From: Dudresnaya verticillata
Taxonomy: Eukaryota
Assembly: GCA_977862235.1 (NCBI GenBank)
Contig: OZ374560.1
Coordinates: forward strand, 1,116,001 to 1,180,000
DNA length: 64,000 nt
Reading direction: 5' to 3'
The number at the start of each line of letters is the position of its first letter. The stretch's first letter is position 1. The notes under the pieces are model-generated. The model worked only from the letters and a program-made list of their open reading frames with translations. It had not been told where the DNA came from and searched no databases. The position numbers were made by a program, and so were the translations under genes. This document shows, piece by piece, positions 37,391 to 48,622 of the stretch.

Positions 37391-38660
37391 TTTACAGCTA
37401 AACCGCAAATATCAACGGTTCATTGAAACGTCGCCGGTGCGTTGCACAATCCGAGTGGAATTCAGCAGAACTGGAAGCAACCTGCATGACAGGTAAACTC
37501 TGTTTTCTGCTTATCTTCCGTTGCGACGGGCATTTACCAGTAACCCGAATTACAATCGAGAGCTGCAAAATACTGCCCGTCGGCCAACGAGTCTAAACAC
37601 TCATCCATTCGTGGCAGAAGATATGGATCCTTAACTGTCATCGCATTCAGGTTTCTGTAATCGACGCAGAAACGGAGAGATCCGTTAGGCGTCTAATCCA
37701 GTACTATTACACTTCCACATTCTGAGCGCCCAGGCTCTATAAATCCTTTCTATAGCATCTTATCGACCTCGTCTTGCTCCGCTTCTCCTGCCTTCTGCAA
37801 ATACGGGTTTGGACCCCTCAATGCGCTCGATGCAATGTTCCGTGACGTTGATGATCCCAAGTGTCCCGCTCCACATGTCAGTGAAAGGTCGTAACATGAC
37901 GCGACGTCTGTCAGACGTGGAAAGGTGCTCCAATGCCCGGTCGTCAACCGTTCCGTTTTCGGTAGCGGTTTTATTGCCTGGTTTGGAATCGGTCTCCCCG
38001 AGAGCAGCAATTAGCCCTGCCCCTACATCGAAGGACGGCTCCGCATAAGGACTCGAGGCTTTGGATTCCGGGTCCGTTTTGTCGGATATATGATGGAAAC
38101 AGAGTAAACCGGTGTGGACGTGCGAGCTGGAACTGTTTTGCCAATGACTCGAGCCTTGCTTAACCGCTATACGCGGGAGGAAACGTTTGAGATCTTGACG
38201 CGGAACAGGATGTTCTCTTGAAGCTTGCCGATTCCATTCGTGACAATGACATGCTGACAGTCGTATAGCCGTTGAAATGGATCCGGGAAGTAAATTCCTT
38301 TAGCCGCACAGGTTACGGCGACCCAGGTTTCCGAACCGGGTTGCATGTTTGTGCAACTCTCACGAGTCGCGAGTTAGGCAGAGGAGGTACGTCCATAGGC
38401 TCGCCAGAACTTGCAGCTCTCGGGATTCCGCATCGGCGTCGCAGAATTGGATGTACCGATGTGAGATAACGACTCTAATGCACGGCCTGCAGCACAAAAG
38501 TAAACCTAGGCGGACAGACGCGAGTCGTCCCGCCTTAATGCAAACCAAGCCTCGCAGAAAAGAAAGAATGACAGAAGCTAAATGCTAAATGCATTTAAGA
38601 GGAAATCACGCAAGGAAGCAGAACACACTTAATAATTTATAAAGAGCAAAATGAAAAAGT

Positions 38661-41600
38661 TGTCAGGAGCACAAACGCAAATCGCGAAAGGAGGTTATCA
38701 AGAGCGAAAGTGAAGGCAACGGAGGGAGCCAGGAGAAGAGGAGTAGGGGGAGCCCGCAGCATTTAAGGAAGGGCAGGGGAACTCGCAGATGAGAAAGAGA
38801 GAGAAGAGAGAGAAAGAGAAGAGCCCGAGCAATAAACCCGTCTGCCCCGGCCTGGTGTCGAATACTGTCGCCGTGCCCGTCGTTTCTTTGTCCCCCTAGA
38901 GATCATTCTTATGGATCCGCATTCCCAGCAATCGATAGTTATGGGCCCAGCCGTAGCGAGTGCTCCAAGGAAAGCAACTGACCCGCCTCCATTCACGGCG
39001 TACACTAACACGTTTAAATGGAGACAAGAAGTGCGAGTATGGGTTCGAATAATTAACAAGCTTGCAGCCGGAGAATGCAAACTGGCCAAGGCAACCAGAA
39101 GTGCTCTTGGAGAGACACTCTATCTCGCTGTCGACCAATCTTCTAGGTACCTACTAGATCACGCCATTAGTGCAGGAGAAATTTCTTTTGATCACGATGG
39201 AACCGAGAAAGACCAAGCCAAGATGATAGAAGAAATTCTCAACGTGGTAACAGAAGACACACCAACTGAAAGCGTAAAGCGACTCGTCACAATGATGTAA
39301 GCCTTTCACAAATGCATCTGTAAGGACTGCGAATCCCCGTTCGCATACGACAGAAGATTCAGAGGGCTTGCTAGCCTCTACCTCAACAACTGAGAGTCAG
39401 AAAACACGAAACACGACAGCCAAATATTTGCCATGGTCCTTTTGGAGAACGCGAAACTCCCAGAAACCACCATGAACCACATCATTATCCAACTAATTAG
39501 CGAAGCCACGTCCAAGTCGCTGAAGAACGTATCTAATAGCACAACTATTCGACATTCCGAACTCCTCGAAATTATTTACACTCTCGACACAGCAAACCGC
39601 GCAGTTACCAGCAACGATTACGAAGTCTTATCCGTCGGGACAGAGCTCACTGATGCGGCCACCATACTACACAAAATGATCGAGAAAAACTCAGCACAGG
39701 CCAAAGAACAGAACAACATCCCAAACATATCGATCGCAGGCGCCGTTCGCTCGGTGAGCGAAATCAGCATCAACCTAACAAGATCTGGGATAGAGAGTCA
39801 CGGCTCCATGCTCGGAAAGCGCTCCTATTCTCCGCATAATCCTACATACCTGTCTGTTAAGCGACTTATCCCCATTGGAGAAGGGCCCAAAGCAACAACG
39901 CGATGCAAATCCTGCCACAAAATCGGACATTGGTGGAGAGATCGCCCGGAATGCATCGAAATCGCCAAGAAGAAGTTTGCAGCCAACCCGGATCAATATT
40001 GAATGAACCAGCGACAGCCAGATAACTCTCAGGTGCCAGAACCCATCCTAAAGAAGGAAACGAACGGTCGCGAAAAAACGGACGACGAATCCGACGAAGA
40101 ACCGCTGGCATCCGCCACCCAGAAGAAGATCTCTTTTTTCGTCAATAGGACCTGATCGGCTCCCATCAGATCCTAATCCTATACTGGACGAGGGAGCACC
40201 TACTTCCACAGGCGGTATAGTAAACGCCGCTGCACTATGAGATATCCTTGGAATACCACTCATTCTCAGCGAACCCCGCGATCATTACCTCCAGTGATGG
40301 GGTCAAGATTGCCTCGACGCAAAAACAATTGAATGTTCCTGGGCGTTAACCCTCCTCTACATAGACAGAAAGCCTACTTCATTTACATTCGACCTAGTGA
40401 ACGGCGAATCTCCTCTGATCCTCGGCCTGGATGTGAAAAGATTCTCTAATACCATGAACCTAGCACATCCAAGGTACATCGAAATTCACCGCCCATCCGA
40501 CAACTGCCCCGGACATTTCACACGTGTATCACCATAGACGAGACCTCACCACGCCTCCGACTCGAAATCGCACCCCATCACAAGTCTTCGATCAAGAGTC
40601 TCATGGCCAACATCAGAAACCGACCAGAATTATCAATTGCAAAGAAGATCCACCGCTGCACTCACGCGACTGCCGCCGAAATGAAAAGCCTTTACAGCAA
40701 TGCCGGGAAGCTAACCAACTCCCTTTCTAAAGATTTCGAAAGAGTCCACGCTGCATGCGAAATTTGTTGCTCCGAAGGTCACCCGCACAACTCGAAGAAG
40801 ATCTCGCTCTCCCATATCGGTCAGCCATTTAACCAGGAATTGCAAGCCGAATTTCTATGGGCCAACATTCACAAAACTAAATATACAATACTGAATCTTG
40901 TGGACACCGGGACTAAGTACGGAGAACGCGTCATAGCACCGGCTCGTCTAGCATCCATTATGATCAAACTTGTGGAAACTCACTAGGTAACCAAGCATGA
41001 CGCCCCTGCATAATTCAGCTCGGACCCAGAATTCATCACAGCCATCACAAAGGACTTCCCAGCATCCCACTGTATATCCAACAATCCCCGACCAGCACGC
41101 CGCCACAACAAGACTGGCATTGTGGAAAGAAATAATTGTGTATTCAAGAATATCCTCTGGCGTATCGCAAAAGAACAGACAACAGCCTCCACCGCCGAAC
41201 TAGTCTCAAGAGCTTCATTCCTCGCCAATATGTTTTCTGAGTCTAAGATTCATAGCTCATTCGAATTCGCGCGCGGCTACTCCCCCTCTCTCTTGGGCCT
41301 ACCCCCGACCTTTGTCGCAAAATAATTACTTACGGCACACAGAGAACAAGTCGCACTCCGCGCAATTCACAAACTGCTCAAGGCACGCAACAACAGAACC
41401 GTCCCATCTCGCGTACTCAAGCCTGGAACTAAAGTCCTGATACATCACGACACTAGCAACAACAGAGTTCCCATGGAATGGATACGCGCAGAAGTAGTCG
41501 ACGCACAGCGCAACCAAGTCCTATGCAGAAGGTCCCAGCGCGGCAAAGCAATGGCAATCGCATTCGAAGACATAAGACTTGCTCCAATCGGCAAACGTAC

Positions 41601-42965
41601 ACAAGATCTAATGCATGGCTCATTAGAGCAAGAACTCGTCAGCACTCTACCCCCCCTCCTGAACCCCAATGCAGATAACACACGTCAGAGGCCAAACAAA
41701 AAAACAGGTCTCGCCCACATTCACAAGCAGACCGACTACCGAATGCAAGACACTGCTCCGCACCCTCCACCGCAGCGTAACACCATCCTACGCGGCCTCC
41801 GCCTCCACATGCATCTCCCAAAAGACCCACGCGCAGTAAAACCTGATACGACGCACCACTCAGCTCTGATGTCTACAGCAGACAACGACGACGCTGTCAG
41901 AGATATTGGCACCGCAGTTGTCCCCACTAACGAGACAGATGCATTACAAACAGACCCAAAATCCAACCGCCAAGAAGTATTACAAGCGATACATGAAAAA
42001 TCGGTAACTCTGAAGTGTCTCGGAGCAAACTAGAATTTGTCCCTCCATGGATCCTCGATGACGCCTTCCCAATAGAACACGGCTCTAACTGGTCGCATGC
42101 TTACAAAGAAAAATATGAGCATGAAATAACCCACGACGCAAATGTGATCACATCACATGTCACATGTTATCTACAAAATCAAAAAAGACGAAGACGGACT
42201 TCGGACCATGAGAGCAAGATTAATTCCCCACGGCAACAGGGACTACGAAAAAACCATATCAGAAAGCACTCCTCCACCGCACAGTTCGCAGTGGTCCGAC
42301 TTCTACTCTGCCATACCACCTTTTTCGGATTTCGCCTCGGGCATGCAGATATAAAAGGAGCTTACCTTCAAAGTGGCCCCATCAAGAGAAACATATACGC
42401 ACGACCTCCACGCGAATGGAAAAGTAACCTCCAGGTCTTATGGAAGCTAACTAAGCTCCCATATGGCATAGTAGAAGCTGGGAGACAATTGCAGAAGACC
42501 TTTGAAGAACGCTTACTAAAAGAAGCAGGACTAGAAAGAACATTCGGAATTAGCGAACTATACCGCAAAGTTGATGCAAAAGGCAAGACTATTCTACTCA
42601 TAGCCAAAGTAACCGACGATCTCCTGCTTGCTGGATCAATCCCTTCGATGCAACAATTCACACAGCACCTGCAGTCCAGATTCCGCATTAGCAAAATAGT
42701 AATCCACCGGCCGCTCTCCTTCAACGGATGTTCAATATCACAGTCAATTCAAGGCCATATCACCATGAGCCTGCAGGAATTCCTTTACAACATAGAACCA
42801 ATCCCGCTCTCCCGAAGCAGGCGAAAAGCAGCCAGCGACATGGCCAGAACAGAATATATTTCGCTGTACAAAGGGCTAGCAGGGGCTTTAGTGTGGCAGT
42901 AGAGTCCTGCCACGAACATCGTTTGCGTCTTCTGCCATGCAACAAAAAATAGGCTGCCTAAATGT
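38661..42965 (+). mobile_element. Ty1/Copia retrotransposon, 3'-truncated within RT
   Basis: gag with knuckle CKSCHKIGHWWRDRPEC, protease PILDEGAP, pre-integrase IHRCTHA...CEIC, integrase (GIVERNN), then RT (HADIKGAYLQS, LTKLPYGIVEAGR, KVTDDLL). IN precedes RT, the Copia order. The LTR start is approximate. Confidence 0.9.
38938..38950 (+). promoter_or_regulatory. Half-tRNA(iMet)-type primer binding site
   Basis: GTTATGGGCCCAG matches the copia/Ty5-type PBS, complementary to the anticodon arm of initiator tRNA-Met. Its ATG is in frame with gag. Confidence 0.7.
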
Positions 42966-42969
42966 CATC

Positions 42970-44759
42970 CGCGTGTTGGGATCCGAGTTTGAATGTGTTG
43001 AACCCGATCCTCGCTTCATCAGCAGACGGTCGAGACCAGAACGGAGCCCTTAAAGGGCCCGGAGATTTCTTCGTATAACGTTTGAAGAAGTCGAAAGACT
43101 CCTCCGACACTGTCGTCTAACATTTCGGCGAACCGAGTAAGTAGTGCATCCTCCGCAAGGACGAATACCTCTCGAATCCGTTCTAGTCGTATCGTGAGGC
43201 TACTCTAGCGGAAACCGAGGGAGACGTTATTGGTGATTGACGCATAGGGTTTGGCCTATTCGGCGTACCCGAGCGCTACGGCGTCGAATTTGAGACTTAG
43301 CCGGTGAACATCCGAGATTGCCGTGTGGTGCGGGGCAATAGGCCCAATTGACTTGGATAAGTGGTACATTGTCCGGACGTTCCGGTTGTTCCGGGGTGAT
43401 GTTGACTGGAGTTGCGTCCTCGATGTGCTGCTGCTGGGCTTGTACGGTGTCCGCTGAGTCCACGTATGAATGGTACGTGCGGGGGGCCGATCTCTCAGGA
43501 ACGAATGTACAGATGAAGACGGGTATCGGAGAGGGAGTTAACGCTCCCCTGTTGAGCGATGTATGAGGGCGTTCGTCGTCCGGGGGCGTCGGGAACGCAG
43601 TCGCGATCTCCGCATTCATGAGGCGCCCTGACCCCTTCGTCATCGATAGTTGCAACGGCTCTGACGCGGGGACACTCCCAGACGCCAATGACGGTCGTCT
43701 CTTGAAATGAGGCCTCTGGCCGGCGGCGGTCTTGAGGCCATGATATAATCTTAGAGTCTTATGAACTTCGTCGACGATTACCGAAAGCATCTGATGACAT
43801 TCGATCGGACATCGCACAACGAACAAAATAGTAGAAACGTAGAACCCTTCTAGGTCGGGAGACCAGATGTGGTGCAAAACGTCTGTGGCGTAGCACATCC
43901 CGATAGAGCGAGAATACACTGGGCAGCACATCCCATGACGGTGGTCGGTAGAGCCAATACACGCCAAGGGCGGACTGTACACGCCCAATACAGAAGAAAA
44001 GGGAACAAGAAAACCCAAATAGAAACACGTTGTTAACTGTAGCAGCATGGCAAGGTAGACGCTTAGGCCTGAAGGCAGGCAGTGGTTGAGTACGCGTTGA
44101 CGCGGGAGGGGTTGTCTCGATCAAGGCCGGCGTACCGGGGTTTACTGAAACGTCCTAGACGGGTTACCTATGTATTAATACTACGGCGGGGCAGCGGTGA
44201 CGGCGGTGCGGTTCGAGCGAACTCGGGACAAGTGTTGTCCCGAGGTGTGTCTGACAGATTTGCCGCCGGTATGCAGCCATGCGTCTGACAGATTTGCCGC
44301 GCGCCGTCCTATGCGAATGCTTACACGCACACGTGACCACTCACCCCTTACAGGCTTGTGCGCGTCGTGGCTCGTGCGATTCTGATCCCGATCCCGATCC
44401 GCACCAGCGTTACGAGGGCGCCAGCATTATAGGCGTGTGACTTACATCATCATGGATCCCGATATTCGATCCCGATGTCCCATCCGGATCCGATGTGCAT
44501 CCGGGTCATTCTTATAGGTTCATGCCTTTCACCACCGTTGACCCCGATGTCCGTCCAGATCCGTATCATGGCTGGTACACAGTGCTCTGGCTGGGACGTG
44601 AGCGGGTGAGCCGTTGTGGCCCAAGGGCACCCAGAGGCAAACGCCTGTGACGTGGCCGCGCCAACGGAGGATGAGCACGCCGCAGGCGATATCCTTCGAT
44701 TGACGCAATCTTAGAAAATACTCAAAGCGAAAAGTACAGGCCCACCCCTTTGCACTACA
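42970..44759 (-). mobile_element. Gypsy element D: 5' LTR (43868-44759), PBS and start of gag
   Basis: Minus-strand TGTAGTGCAA...TTGCACCACA LTR homologous to the two solo LTRs, followed by tc-TGGTCTCCCGACCTAG and a gag-like fragment. Truncated against the Copia RT. Confidence 0.85.
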
Positions 44760-45508
44760 GTTGGCCAGGTATGCGGTTGACGACGTCCCTGGGCAAGTAC
44801 TGCGATGAAGTTTCCTTAGGCGGAGAGAGAAGCACTCTACTTGGTCTTCTGTTATCTCTCCGGCCCCCGGAGGCCTGATATCCTCATCTGTGACTTTGTG
44901 GTCATTCTTGCTGTTCTCTGTTCCGAGTTAAGGTGCCCCACGCCGTATTTTGCTCCACCGCCCGCTACCCGACAGGCCCCTTTCCGCTCGGGGACATATA
45001 GGAGTTTTCACAAACCGGCTTCTCTCCACTAATAATGCGCGAGCTTTTGGCTATCTGCTGGAGAGCTTTCCTCCAGCCTGTCTTGGTGCTGCACTACACT
45101 TTCTCCCCGGATTCCACCATCTTGTGCCCCTGCTTATCGCACTTCAGGAAAAGCCCATTATCGGCAGTCTGTATGCGCTACTTCTTGATGGGAGGTTACG
45201 CTCTTGCAGCGTCTTCCATTTTCTCCGCACCGCTTCGACTTCCTCACTGGATTCCATTGGTCTTTTGGGTGTTGTTTTCCCATTTCGGCTGTACAAAGCC
45301 TGTTTCCCATCCGGATCGATCCCTGCCATGCTCGGGCGCATCTTGCTGACCTCTGCCTATCCTCTCTCACCATCCAGCCTGCTGCGGTAGATATAAGAAC
45401 AAGTTCCGCTCCCTTGGTGGTGCGCTTCATGAGCTGGACAGAGCGTAGCCCCCTTCACGTGGCGCTGAAAGCTCCTTTGTGTTTCCCGCAATGGGTATTC
45501 GCACGGTT

Positions 45509-45850
45509 TGGTGAAGTGGCCGCTGTGGAGTCTCGACGAAGGGGCGAGTCGGCGCACGACCGCCTGGAATGAGCACCATGGCGAGCTCGCGCTAAAAGCC
45601 GATGGCCGAGTGCGTGGGTCAGTAACACTGTACACATTGCTGGAGCCTGTGACACCCACTAATCGGAACCGACTAGTTGATTTAATTTTAATTAGGTAAC
45701 TGTAATGATTGCGTAGTGTAATGACGGCCAATGAGAATGCCGAGCATGTCCGCAACAGTGACCCGGCCCAGTAGGGCTGGACCCATCTGGTGGACCAGAC
45801 CCATCCGGGTCTGGCCCACCCGGACCGGGCCGCGGGGCATACCGAACACA
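45509..45850 (+). repeat. LTR-like dispersed repeat, copy 1 (TGGTGAAG...CACA)
   Basis: Inverted homolog of 48004-48319, sharing the core ggccaatgagaatgccgagcatgtccgcaacagtgacc. Confidence 0.7.
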
Positions 45851-46098
45851 ATATTTATGTTTAGTCACGGCGGACCCTGCAGTAAGCGGGCAAGCAACCC
45901 TGGGCAAAGTGCTTTACCCTAAGCTTTATCCTAATACTCCTTCACGGTTTCCCCGCGCCAGCCCTTTGTACGGATTTTTCTTACCTCCGTCTCGGAGTAG
46001 CTGTCCCGGAACTGTAACGTCTCCTTGTTCGTTGCTACCCCTCTAATACTTACAGGTGTTGCCGCTCGCGGTATACCCTTCGGTTTACGAACTCAGCT

Positions 46099-47900
46099 CT
46101 ACCACACCGGTTTGGTGAGATCACGCCTTAATGGGAATGCCTGATCAGCTCTCCGTACTGCTTTTCCTTTCACTGCTCCACAAACAGCCTGCGTGTTATT
46201 CCAGACGCACTCTGATAACCACTGTAAGAGATGTATCTTTTGCTCGTCGAGGTTCACCGAGGCGGTCTTCACCAAGCCCAACATTGCCGAAAGCCCATCT
46301 TTTCTCGTAATAAAGTGGTATAGAATACGTCTCACTGTCTCTTGGAGGCCCTCTATGACGCTTCCGAGGTCGTGATTGACTTTATAGGAGCCCTGACATC
46401 TTTCTTTGCTGTAATGCAAACATGTCTCTGTACAGTCCAATATCCTTCTTCATCTTCTTCAGGCCGGTGCTTTTGTCTTCGAAGGTAACGAACGCGAAGT
46501 GCTCCAGCACGAAAACATCACTGCTCATGGACTGCAGGGCAAGAACCTTTTTTAGGGCTGCCGCTGGTATGACGCGTAGGGAGCCCTCTGGCCATAGCTC
46601 CTCCTTGACTACTGAAATATAACTTCCCGAATGTGGTCTTTAACGACTTCTGAGAAGGTTACGCTGTTCAAGGCGCAAGAACCCTCCTTGGAGCGAGCAT
46701 ATCTCTGAGCCCGTGGCCTCTGTAAGCGAGCGAGCCTTCGATATGTCAATCTCTCTGGTCGCATATTGCCTTATACAGTTGTTGAGCTCCGTTGTCTCTT
46801 CAGGTGTTAGTTTCGGGCGTCCCTTCTTGGACTCCACCTTCAGCCAGAACGTCATGTTTCCCCCTCTACTGTGATCTGGTATCCCGGTCTTCGCATTCTG
46901 GTCGGCATCAGAGTGTGCATTCTGTTTGTCCTTTAGAACCGAAGCCAGACTTTCCACATCCGTCCTGTCTGCAGATCTGCATAGCTTAGCCCATTCCCAG
47001 CAACCTAAAAGCTGCTTCTCCCTTTCGAGGTGGCACTGTTATTCAACTACTGATCTCGCAGTATCCCAGTTCATATCTACACTGTTCCTGATACCTTCGG
47101 CAAGGTAGGAGGATTTGCCCAATGTATCATCTATTTTACCAAGCATTTGAACCACGTCTTCCATTGCAGGAAAGAACCACTGGCTTGATTAGTTTTCTTT
47201 GCTTTGAGCCCGGCCTTGGATTACTGCTAACAACTGCTATGGGAATGTCTGGCACCCCAACCACCAAATGTCGCCAGCCCTTCCATGTGAGAACCGGTCG
47301 AGTGTTAGGAGAGCGTCGAGCTTGTGTGCTGTGATGTACCCTTGGGATATTTTGTCCCACATGCCGTTTTTCTTGCACTCTATTAATTTTTAAGCTACCA
47401 ATAACATTTTAGCACCCCGGAAAGATCTCCCCACGCACTCTTGTTGAGGAACCAGTCACTCTGGGCCACCTCAGCGGCGAACGCAAGGGGTCGTTTGGTG
47501 GCTTGGCCAGAATTCCGTCCTATATCGGCGAAGATAAGACTCTTTCCTTCTACCGCGGCTGGGGCGGGCTATGTATCGGTTGAGTCCGGGAAACCTTCCG
47601 CCATGAAGTCCTGATAGAATTCGCCGTCGAGGTCGGGAATCTTCAGGAAGGCATACTTCCACTTTTGCACCTTCCGAGCCTTCATAAATAGTCCATTGCG
47701 GAGAATAGGACGAAAAACTGCCGTCTCCCATCCCTTTTCCTCCGATTCTCCGTACGGTACGATGAAGACGACTCCTCCAGTGGCCGATTTGGGGACTTGC
47801 GATTCGGTAGCCGGCGGCGTCAGTTTCCGGCTTGCCGGCGTTAGACTTGCCTGAGGCCTTGATCATCGTGTTAATCTGCTCGATTGCGTTCATCATAGGA
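46099..47900 (-). pseudogene. Unidentified decayed coding region (gag-like position downstream of repeat copy 2)
   Basis: Protein-like minus-strand pieces (47471-47900, 46640-46957, 46099-46440). No recognisable domain. Confidence 0.3.
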
Positions 47901-48003
47901 GGAGTTTCCAAAGAAAGGAAGAGTTTCGTAGAGTAAATCTCAAATCCCCCAGGGTTTCTTGCTCTTTTACTATAGGCTTCTTGGTGGCCGCACCTTACTA
48001 TAT

Positions 48004-48319
48004 TGTGAGATATGCTACGGTCCGTGTGGGACAGACCCGAAGGGGTCGGGTGCACCTGGTGAGTCCTGCCCTACTGGTTCCGGTCACTGTTGCGGACATG
48101 CTCGGCATTCTCATTGGCCAGAATTACACTACGCACTTTAAATTTTATTACAATTAAATATTTAAAATTATATCAACTACTTGACTCCGATTGGTGAACG
48201 TCGTAGGTTCCAGCAAGGTTACTGTGTTATTGTTCCACTGCACTCCGTTTTGGAGTCTGGCGCGAGCTCGCCAGAGCGCGCATTCCCGACGGTCTTACGT
48301 CGGATCGATTACTTCACCA
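48004..48319 (-). repeat. LTR-like dispersed repeat, copy 2
   Basis: Reverse-complement similarity to 45509-45850 with TG...CA ends. No TSD. Confidence 0.7.
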
Positions 48320-48622
48320 TAACTGATCTGAAATAGATGGCGAGAATCTCAACGCGCAAGAATAGTGGTACGAAGCGCATTGTAGGTCAATAGCTCTAGT
48401 GCCACGTCTACTGACAAATCGAGGAACAAACATGACAATAAAAGCTGCTCCTCTCTCAGCAAACGCAGGAGAGGGAGGGGCGGAGTACAGTTTTCACAAC
48501 ACCGCGGAGGAGCACAACGCAGAGTTTACAGAAATTTCTGTGTCTACACCTGCAGGGGACCAGAGAGTGTTGTGTGCTTTGGATAGGTCGCTAGGAGAGC
48601 AAGTGAAAGGCTGTGCTTCAAG

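Noticed and set aside
37400..38600. Short ORFs as a host gene
   Set aside because: No recognisable domain, consistent frame or splice structure.
45509..48319. DIRS-type element with inverted terminal repeats
   Set aside because: No RT, RNase H or tyrosine recombinase motifs inside, and the arms are too diverged for a confident single-element call.
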